From: a phage | DNA: 64,000 bases | Sequence record: PZ379177.1 | Reading direction: 5' to 3' (one strand) | Shown here: piece by piece, positions 57,208 to 64,000 of the stretch | Layout of the letters: every line of letters starts with the position of its first letter | Position numbering within the stretch: position 1 is the first letter of the stretch | Program-made: the position numbers and the translations under genes | The notes under the pieces: model-generated | Seen by the model: the letters and a program-made list of their open reading frames with translations, nothing else | What the model was told of the DNA's origin: nothing | The model's database searches: none

Positions 57208-57726
57208 ATGATAGAAAGAATTGTACCGCTCCTGAAGATTCTGGCCCTTGTTGGCGCATTTGCCGCTGGATCATACGTTGAAGACCTGCAGCAAACCAAC
57301 GCATCACTGGCCAAGGATAATCAATATCTGACATCGCTTAATGAGCGTAAGGACAAGATAAATGCACTCGAAGAGCAAATTGCATCTTTACAGGTTGAAT
57401 CGGCATCGGCATATGAGAAGGGTCGCCAGGAAGCGCAACTGGTTGCTGATGACACTATTGCTAGTTACAAGTCTGGGAATATCAAGCTGCGCGAGCAACT
57501 CAGCTGCTCCCGTGAGTTACTCAGGAGTATGCCCGACTCTGCGACCACTGGACGCCTCTCTATCCCAGAAGGAAACTGTGGACTATCAGAAGAAGATGTC
57601 AGATTTCTTGTTCAGTTCGCCGCAGAAACAAACCGATTAAAAGAGAAGGTTAATAGCTTGATTGATACTTATAATCAGGCTAAAATAAAAATCGATCAAT
57701 TCAATGCATCAAAGGAAAATAAATGA
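57208..57726 (+). CDS. i-spanin (Rz-like)
   Basis: N-terminal TM helix IVPLLKILALVGAFAAG followed by long coiled coil; contains nested o-spanin ORF in another frame. Confidence 0.5.
   Translation: MIERIVPLLKILALVGAFAAGSYVEDLQQTNASLAKDNQYLTSLNERKDKINALEEQIASLQVESASAYEKGRQEAQLVADDTIASYKSGNIKLREQLSCSRELLRSMPDSATTGRLSIPEGNCGLSEEDVRFLVQFAAETNRLKEKVNSLIDTYNQAKIKIDQFNASKENK
57413..57640 (+). CDS. o-spanin (Rz1-like lipoprotein), nested within i-spanin gene
   Basis: MRRVARKRNWLLMTLLLVTSLGISSC signal with lipobox ISS-C; short Pro-rich mature part. Confidence 0.45.
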   Translation: MRRVARKRNWLLMTLLLVTSLGISSCASNSAAPVSYSGVCPTLRPLDASLSQKETVDYQKKMSDFLFSSPQKQTD

Positions 57727-58316
57727 AACAGATTTATGCAAACATTCGCCAGTGGGCTTCTGACCGTAACATCATCCAAGGTTGCGACCTTAAGGACCAA
57801 TACCCGAAGCTTATCAGCGAGTTTGGGGAGTTAACCGACCACGTTGATCAACTCCATGACCTTGTGTTCTTTGACCCTGAAATCGGATATACAGAGCAGG
57901 CCATTTGTGATTTGCAAGCCGCAATCAAGGACGACATCGGTGATTGCCTTGTTGTGTTAACTATTCTTGCCGCGCAAAATGGTGCAAAAATCGAAGACAT
58001 CAACGGCGGCGGTTGCGCTGACAAAGGCGCTCACCCTCATTCCTTTATCCTTCGCTTGGCGAAGACTCTCGGACGGCTTGGTGACGCCATTGCTAAAAAT
58101 CAAAGCATGGATATTGATGTCACTATCATGGCCGCAGTCGATTATCTTTCCGGCGTAGCGCATGATTATGGACTTCGACTGTCTGATTGCGCTCAAGCCG
58201 CCTATGAAGACATCAAGGACCGTAAAGGTGTGATGTACAACGGAACGTTTATCAAATCGACTGATCAGGCTTATGCCTATGCGCTGGAACAAGTGATGAA
58301 TAAGGAGTTTGAGTGA
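57723..58316 (+). CDS. MazG-like nucleotide pyrophosphohydrolase (putative)
   Basis: helical protein with EFGELTDH and DDIGDCLVVL motifs resembling MazG EExxE/D boxes. Confidence 0.35.
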   Translation: MKQIYANIRQWASDRNIIQGCDLKDQYPKLISEFGELTDHVDQLHDLVFFDPEIGYTEQAICDLQAAIKDDIGDCLVVLTILAAQNGAKIEDINGGGCADKGAHPHSFILRLAKTLGRLGDAIAKNQSMDIDVTIMAAVDYLSGVAHDYGLRLSDCAQAAYEDIKDRKGVMYNGTFIKSTDQAYAYALEQVMNKEFE

Positions 58317-59290
58317 TGGCAGGAGAAATCAAAGCATTAAAACCAATGAAAGGTTGCCAGCGTAAACAAATCATCGAGCGCGGCGAAGATGTGCCGCTGC
58401 CTTGCGGATTATCCTTCAAGGTCGATGGAATACGCGCGATGGCGTATGACAACTTGCCAATGGGCACATCCGGCATGGCACTGCGCAACATTCAAATCAA
58501 AAAAGAGTTCCTATTCTTGGGTGAATTGATTCACGGACTTGATGGAGAGCTAATTGACGGTAATCCGAATGACAAGAACGTCATGCAACAGGCCTATACT
58601 GCATGCATGAACACTGATGCAATCACTAACTTTACATGGTGGGTGTTTGATGACTTCAGCGACCCTGATTTGCCTTTTGAAAAGCGTTATGCAAACTATC
58701 GCGCTAGAGTTGCTGAAGTCAATCAGCACCTCATCAACCATGGTCGACGCCCATTCCTTCGCGCTCTCGAATATCGAAACATCGAAAATATGGAACAGTA
58801 CGCGGCGATGCAAATCGAAGCAGACCAACTTGGCTATGAAGGCTTGTATGGCAAGTCTTGGACGGGCAAATACAAGCATGGCCGCGCGACGCCAAAGTCA
58901 CGTGATGTGTGGAAGGACAAGCCGTGGACCGATGAGGAAGGACTGATCATAGACTTCGTTGAGATGATGGAGAACAACAACGAAGCATTCATTGATGAGT
59001 TGGGTCGCACTAAGCGTTCGAAAGAGGCTGAAGGCTTAGTTGCAAAAGGATACCTTGGATCATTTGTGGTTGTCAATCCAAAATATGTTGATGAGAAAGG
59101 TGAAATGATTCCTTTCCGCGTCTCCGCTGGTTCAATGCCTATGGCAGAGAGAAAAATGCTTTGGGAGAATCGCGAGAATTATCGCAACAAGTATCTGACA
59201 TATAAATTCTTCAACTTTGGCATCGTTGACGTGCCGCGCTCTGCCTTGTATAAATGCTTCCGTGATATTACCGATATGGAGTATTTTTAA
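58316..59290 (+). CDS. ATP-dependent DNA ligase
   Basis: adenylation motif I SFKVDGIRAM (KxDGxR); ATG shares its A with the upstream TGA stop. Confidence 0.6.
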   Translation: MAGEIKALKPMKGCQRKQIIERGEDVPLPCGLSFKVDGIRAMAYDNLPMGTSGMALRNIQIKKEFLFLGELIHGLDGELIDGNPNDKNVMQQAYTACMNTDAITNFTWWVFDDFSDPDLPFEKRYANYRARVAEVNQHLINHGRRPFLRALEYRNIENMEQYAAMQIEADQLGYEGLYGKSWTGKYKHGRATPKSRDVWKDKPWTDEEGLIIDFVEMMENNNEAFIDELGRTKRSKEAEGLVAKGYLGSFVVVNPKYVDEKGEMIPFRVSAGSMPMAERKMLWENRENYRNKYLTYKFFNFGIVDVPRSALYKCFRDITDMEYF

Positions 59291-59363
59291 CACACTGGAT
59301 AAATAATTGGTGCGTATAATCTATCGCGCCGTTTTCTAGAATTTAATATACAGTGTATACATA

Positions 59364-59393
59364 AAGCCGGAAATTTCCGGCTTTTCTTTTATT
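59364..59393 (+). terminator. rho-independent terminator
   Basis: hairpin AAGCCGGAAATTTCCGGCTT followed by TTCTTTTATTT. Confidence 0.5.
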
Positions 59394-59465
59394 TACTTTC
59401 GGCGTATTTACTTTCAAAACCTTGAGCCTATACTATTAATATTCATAATCAAAAGGTGAATTATA

Positions 59466-60008
59466 ATGAAAGCGAACAAATTAAAGATTGTTTTGATCAT
59501 CATCATGGCTATGCTGACAGTTATATTCTTCACCAAGACTGCATCGGCTGAAAATATGTTTACGCCGCCGAATGGAAGTGCAAAAGTTTTGACAAGATAT
59601 TTCAACAATGGGCAGTCATTTGAGTTTTGCTGGAATAAATACGACGTAATAAAAGAAAGATTTGACAAAGAAAAGATGTGCGTAATGAATGATCGCGGTC
59701 GGCAGGTCGTGTCGTTTGTGTTCGGAATGTCAATGGCAAAAGTTGATGCCCCTGAAATCGTTGTCAGGTATAATACATTGGACAGCGGCCTTGTCGACAA
59801 GACATACCCTGTTGCAGTAGACAGCAGGACAGGCGGCGCACTAATACTCACTCCAGAAGATAAATCAGATGTCGTTAACATGCTCATCAACAGCAAAGAC
59901 GTAATCGTGTTTTATCATATTGAAGGCGTATCAGACTACCAAATGGCCTACTATCCACTGCCCTTGAGAGATTCTTCAGGTAATGTTAAGACACAGGAAG
60001 CGCGTTGA
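59466..60008 (+). CDS. secreted/periplasmic protein of unknown function
   Basis: signal-peptide-like N-terminus MKANKLKIVLIIIMAMLTVIFFTKTASA. Confidence 0.45.
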   Translation: MKANKLKIVLIIIMAMLTVIFFTKTASAENMFTPPNGSAKVLTRYFNNGQSFEFCWNKYDVIKERFDKEKMCVMNDRGRQVVSFVFGMSMAKVDAPEIVVRYNTLDSGLVDKTYPVAVDSRTGGALILTPEDKSDVVNMLINSKDVIVFYHIEGVSDYQMAYYPLPLRDSSGNVKTQEAR

Positions 60009-60235
60009 CATGGGTGGTAGTTATGCAGAAAGATTTGGAAGAAAACAAAAGGCTGAAAAAGGCTTTGACGTCTCAAATCTTGTCCCTGTTGGTAAAGCTT
60101 ATTGGGGAGTCAATTAGCAACAAGGTGGCACGGGCCGCGATTGTGGGTGCAATTGGTATGGCGGGTTATTATTTCGACTTACCAGACATTGATACAAGTT
60201 CCGCTCCGCCCGTCCAAGTTGAAGCCGTAAAATAA
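60005..60235 (+). CDS. small membrane protein (holin candidate by context only)
   Basis: 76 aa with one hydrophobic helix AAIVGAIGMAGYYF; converges on endolysin gene. Confidence 0.3.
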   Translation: MTWVVVMQKDLEENKRLKKALTSQILSLLVKLIGESISNKVARAAIVGAIGMAGYYFDLPDIDTSSAPPVQVEAVK

Positions 60236-60237
60236 AC

Positions 60238-60262
60238 AAAGGCCCATATGGGCCTTTTTTCT
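60238..60262. terminator. bidirectional rho-independent terminator between convergent genes
   Basis: hairpin AGGCCCATATGGGCCT flanked by A-run upstream and T-run downstream. Confidence 0.55.
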
Positions 60263-60906
60263 TACATAACTGCTAGTGCATCTTTGTAACGCTTTCTTCG
60301 CAACTCACCGTGGTTTGCTGCATTCGGCGCGGCCCCGTTAATCCGCTTAACGGTTGAATCAAAATTTCCTGCATCCGCAAGAGGAATACAGCCGCTATTC
60401 TTAAAGAACCATGCCGCGCTGTCAGCAATGTATTTTGGTTCAGTCAGAATATCAGGATTGTTCAATGCATCGTATCCTGATTGACGCGTATATTCCGCAT
60501 AGTTGGCCTTGCCAGTAAGCTGAATGGCACCACGGCCACGATACTTCCAACCGTCGCCAGATGATACCGAACCGTTGCCCATGCGGTTTGCATATGTATT
60601 ATTGGCGATTTCCACAGGTTTACGTGCAATCGACAGGGCCAATGAGTTCGGGGCGCTTCCAGAACGACCGTTGACGCTGTAACGACTAGGCCATGTATTG
60701 GCAAGACCTTGAGCAGAGTAGTTGAGATTTTCCACAAAGGTCTTCAAGCTGCCCGTTTCTACTCCTACGTTTGCAAGGAATGCCGCGATGGCATTCTTGC
60801 TTTTGATTCCGTAGTGCTCACAAGCCTGCTTGAAAGGGTCCACCCATTTCTCTGCAACATCCATGCTGCATCCGGTCCCTTTAGATATTACGTTTGCGTT
60901 AATCAT
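60262..60906 (-). CDS. endolysin, glycoside hydrolase family 19-like
   Basis: motifs FLANVGVETG and GRGAIQLTGKANY. Confidence 0.65.
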   Translation of the reverse strand: MINANVISKGTGCSMDVAEKWVDPFKQACEHYGIKSKNAIAAFLANVGVETGSLKTFVENLNYSAQGLANTWPSRYSVNGRSGSAPNSLALSIARKPVEIANNTYANRMGNGSVSSGDGWKYRGRGAIQLTGKANYAEYTRQSGYDALNNPDILTEPKYIADSAAWFFKNSGCIPLADAGNFDSTVKRINGAAPNAANHGELRRKRYKDALAVM

Positions 60907-60914
60907 AAATCACC

Positions 60915-62759
60915 TTATGCGCTTCTGTACCAGCCATTCAAAACAACGTATCGCGGCAAAGTCGCAACAGCCGTTGGCACCGACTGCCCTGCATTGCCAG
61001 TGTTACCGACCACATCGTGAGTGTGAGCGGGAAGGGTATAGCTGTGGCTGTGATTGCCAGCGTAATTTATATTCAACCCATGGGTGTGTGATCCAGAAGA
61101 TTGAATATTATGAACGTGGTTGCCATTAGTTGACGTATTGTATTTGTAGTTATCCCAGTCGCCGCCTTTGCGACTTCCGAAGTTGTTGTGTGTCCCATCA
61201 TAAACGCCGTACCGCGCATCGCTAGTATTGGCTTCACCCCAGCTACTGTCATGGTGGTGGTTGCCTGCCGTGTCCATTCCGTGCACGTGAGCGCCGTTTT
61301 GACTGGTATCGCCTGTGTGGTTGTGGTTGCCTGCGTCTCCAGTGGTATTGGACCATGGACCACTTTGTCGCGTGGTAATGTTCACACTGTGATTGTGGAG
61401 AGGAAGCATGGCGGCGGTAAGGGTAACAGAGTCTGCTCCGCCTGTATCAAGACCGTTTCGTGCAGCGCCGGACGTTCGAATCACCATGTTATCAGGCAGT
61501 CGTGTCCATACCTGGCCGTAAGCGCCCAGTTTAGTATTCGGGTTGGTCCCGTTGGTGAGGAATCGAGTCTCACCGACTTCGAACACATCACCCATAGTGA
61601 TCAACTTCGCAGCCAAAGCATCGAGTTGGCGCTTTGTAACAAACTGTTGCGGCTCAGTAGCATCAACGCCGATTTGCGCCGCGCCAAACGCCTGAAGGAG
61701 ACGCCAAACAGTTCCGTCATAAATGATGGTGAATGGCAGCAATCCTACGATAGCGCCAGCTGGCAACTCGCCGCCGTCGAATCCAAGAACGGCAACTTTG
61801 TTTACACCAATGGTCACGGTGACAGGTCCGGTAGTCGTTACATCATTGACGATTGTCAGGCGACTACCTGCTGACGGAGGCCATGAATACCCTGCTGGAA
61901 CGGTGAGAATTATATCTTGCGCGCCTTTACCTGATGCAAGATTCGGCGTTCCAATTTGCACATCTTGAACAGTGGCATTTTGAATCCAAGCACTCCAAGC
62001 ACCAGAAGTATAAGAGCGAGTAAACAAATAGCCATTCATTGATGTATATTGCTGCAAGGCAAAGGTTTGCGCATCGACCTGCCAAGCGCAGACCTGCAGT
62101 CGACCTGCAACCTTCGTTGCGCCAACCGCATTCGGGATGTTAGAGCACAGAGCGGCGACGGCATAGGATTGAATGACGATAGTTGTGGATGTCGTGATGT
62201 TATCGAAGTCCACAAAACTTGAAATCAATCCGCGAACAAAGTACGGGTTTTGCGCATCGCCGCCAGCAGGCATCGGAATGTATTTTCGCGCTTCGCTGGG
62301 CAGTGTTAATTCCTGCCAAGATTCCGTTTCTCCGTTAGCTGGTACGGCGCTTGTGTTGCCGTCGACCACGCTCTGAAAGATGCGCCACTCAGGTGCTGAA
62401 GGCGTTCCAGAGTTGCTGACAACGATGGCATTTTTCGGGTATCCATCAGGCTTCAAGTCAGAAGAGAAATATTGTTGAGCGCCATGATCTTGAATAAACA
62501 TAAGGTTGTCTGTGATCAAATTCAGCAACCAGTTCATCGATTCGCGCTCAACAGCTTTCGCGGCGACGTTTCCAGCCTCCAGAGCAAGCGCATAGTCAGG
62601 GGTGTAGCCGCGCTGGAAGTTTACATAACCGCTTGGGCTTGCATCCGGCACCACGGATACATCACCGCTTTGCGCGAAAGGTCTGTTAATAAGTGTTGGC
62701 ATTGCCGTTCCTCTACACGATGTATTTAATTTTTGATAAAAGGGTCGATGCCCAATCAC
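60915..62759 (-). CDS. tail fibre protein with His-rich C-terminal repeats
   Basis: 614 aa; C-terminus has repeated HxH and GNH motifs (NHNHTGD, HVHGMD, NHHHDS, HVHNIQ, HTHGLN, HSHSYT, HTHDVV). Confidence 0.55.
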   Translation of the reverse strand: MIGHRPFYQKLNTSCRGTAMPTLINRPFAQSGDVSVVPDASPSGYVNFQRGYTPDYALALEAGNVAAKAVERESMNWLLNLITDNLMFIQDHGAQQYFSSDLKPDGYPKNAIVVSNSGTPSAPEWRIFQSVVDGNTSAVPANGETESWQELTLPSEARKYIPMPAGGDAQNPYFVRGLISSFVDFDNITTSTTIVIQSYAVAALCSNIPNAVGATKVAGRLQVCAWQVDAQTFALQQYTSMNGYLFTRSYTSGAWSAWIQNATVQDVQIGTPNLASGKGAQDIILTVPAGYSWPPSAGSRLTIVNDVTTTGPVTVTIGVNKVAVLGFDGGELPAGAIVGLLPFTIIYDGTVWRLLQAFGAAQIGVDATEPQQFVTKRQLDALAAKLITMGDVFEVGETRFLTNGTNPNTKLGAYGQVWTRLPDNMVIRTSGAARNGLDTGGADSVTLTAAMLPLHNHSVNITTRQSGPWSNTTGDAGNHNHTGDTSQNGAHVHGMDTAGNHHHDSSWGEANTSDARYGVYDGTHNNFGSRKGGDWDNYKYNTSTNGNHVHNIQSSGSHTHGLNINYAGNHSHSYTLPAHTHDVVGNTGNAGQSVPTAVATLPRYVVLNGWYRSA

Positions 62760-63945
62760 CAGTCAAGTCAGTTATATTCATGCTTGAAACATAACCGCCA
62801 GCAGCACTTCTTGGAAAGTTTACTGTCGCTACAACATCACCATTCGAAGCTATCAATTGAACTCCAGTCGCCAGTGACCCTGGGTTTTTGATGTATATAG
62901 AAGTTGCAGTTTTCTTTGCAAAATCTTCGCTTGTTGAAATCGCAAGCGCATTCATCGTATTACCAGAAACAAGCATCAAGCTTAAAATATCAAGTTCAAG
63001 AGTCGTACCAACTTCGGTCGGCAAGTCTTTCCCTGATATCAAACCGATGCTGATTCCACCTGTCGAACCATCCCAAGTCGTTCCTGCAACAATCTCAGCG
63101 GCAAGGTCAATTTCGATACGTTGCAAATCACCTGCGCCTATGCTGTAGAATTTAGGGATATAGCCGCCCATACCATCCGGTACGGTTACGAAAAGTTTTT
63201 GACCGTTCACCGTGTTGTTTTTAACTATTGCGATAAATGACAAAGGACCAGTCAGGCTGCCAGTGTATTTAGTAGCAAGTACAGCGCGTGCATAGCCGGA
63301 CGATGGCACAGTCCCTATTGTAGCGGAAAGCTTGAATGATGGAAACTGGTTGGGCACACCGCTTATTGGCGTTGCCGTTACCGTGTTGCCTCCGTCCTTG
63401 ACAATATTGCCAAAAGATGTGCCGTCATTGGGCTGTGTGTATCGCCAGTAGTTTGTGATCGCGGCACGTGGGATTTCACGACCAAAGTCATCTCTTGATG
63501 CTTTTGAGATTGAATAGTCGTTGACAAGTGCGCCGTCGATAACTTGGTTCACACCTTTCAAAGATTCAAGCTGTCGTATTACACCTTTGAAGTTGTTCAG
63601 CGACCACTCGTTTATGCCGCCAACTCTGATGATGCCGTCAGTGTTAATCCATGCGACACCTTCCGTTTCGAATCCTACTCGCGTGTCTGTTATGTTGCTG
63701 ACAGTCAAATCAATATCAGATAAGTCTGCGACTTCTTGGTAAAGCTGCCAACGTATCCCAGCGTTTGCTGGCAAGAATCCTTCATTCCTGTCGCCAACTA
63801 GCGTCTTAAAGTTATCAGACAAGTTGTTGGCAAAATAAGGCCCGATGACATATTCCATGTAATAGTCAGCGGTCGGCGGCGGCGGTACGCCGTCCAATCG
63901 GCTAACGTTCCATGAGCGTCTGATGCCGTCAGTCTCTGCAATCAA
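62713..63945 (-). CDS. tail fibre/baseplate-associated protein (putative)
   Basis: 410-aa ORF upstream of tail fibre in same operon; a further upstream gene probably continues beyond the window edge. Confidence 0.4.
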   Translation of the reverse strand: MIAETDGIRRSWNVSRLDGVPPPPTADYYMEYVIGPYFANNLSDNFKTLVGDRNEGFLPANAGIRWQLYQEVADLSDIDLTVSNITDTRVGFETEGVAWINTDGIIRVGGINEWSLNNFKGVIRQLESLKGVNQVIDGALVNDYSISKASRDDFGREIPRAAITNYWRYTQPNDGTSFGNIVKDGGNTVTATPISGVPNQFPSFKLSATIGTVPSSGYARAVLATKYTGSLTGPLSFIAIVKNNTVNGQKLFVTVPDGMGGYIPKFYSIGAGDLQRIEIDLAAEIVAGTTWDGSTGGISIGLISGKDLPTEVGTTLELDILSLMLVSGNTMNALAISTSEDFAKKTATSIYIKNPGSLATGVQLIASNGDVVATVNFPRSAAGGYVSSMNITDLTGDWASTLLSKIKYIV

Positions 63946-64000
63946 TGTTGCGTTTCCTGGGTACGGGTAGCCGCCGATTGAACCAGAGTACGCAAGTGAT

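Noticed and set aside
1-64000. tRNA genes
   Set aside because: I looked by eye for tRNA-like T-arm (GTTCGAATC-type) and acceptor-stem signatures in intergenic regions, especially 25.9-26.6 kb and 29.5-30.3 kb, and found none. A tRNAscan-type search was not possible and would be needed to be sure.
1-64000. Prophage integration features (integrase, attachment sites)
   Set aside because: No tyrosine or serine recombinase-like ORF was recognised. The content (DnaE-like polymerase, SNF2 helicase, ligase, no repressor-type HTH recognised) looks like a virulent phage, so I did not call att sites.

Overview
The window is a contiguous stretch of a tailed dsDNA phage genome; a Gram-negative host is inferred from the lipoprotein-type o-spanin nested in an i-spanin and from the GH19 endolysin. 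All calls are from reading the sequence and ORF track by eye; no searches or computations were run. Layout: (1) 0-20.8 kb, leftward structural block: baseplate-like protein, tape-measure-like protein with a lytic transglycosylase domain, sheath-like protein, two paralogous tube-like proteins, major capsid, scaffold, Mu-F-like protein, portal, large terminase. (2) 21-25.9 kb, rightward small genes and a tail fibre with a C-terminal S74-type chaperone domain. (3) 26-30.3 kb, the most unusual region: a self-contained bidirectional four-gene cassette with atypical CG-rich codon usage, three near-identical sigma70-type promoters, a palindromic operator, a conserved 5'-UTR hairpin with compensatory changes, and a same-strand array of at least 11 copies of ATAGTGCAAAT. 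(4) 30.3-42.5 kb, leftward small early-type genes, a D5/P4-type primase-helicase and a Zn-binding replication-associated protein. (5) 42.6-59.3 kb, rightward replication and nucleotide-metabolism block: Dda/RecD-like helicase, ThyX-like protein, HAD hydrolase, SDR, DnaQ-like exonuclease, DnaE-like polymerase, VRR-NUC, SNF2 helicase, ligase, plus the spanin pair. (6) 60.2-64 kb, leftward GH19 endolysin and two tail-fibre genes. A complex GATACGGAT repeat module occurs twice (about 13.96-14.22 kb and 29.66-30.0 kb), each upstream of a leftward gene block. The portal ORF appears to carry a C-terminal inorganic-pyrophosphatase-like domain. No tRNA, CRISPR array or integrase was recognised. The function of the 26-29 kb cassette is unknown and is the best candidate for an undescribed system.
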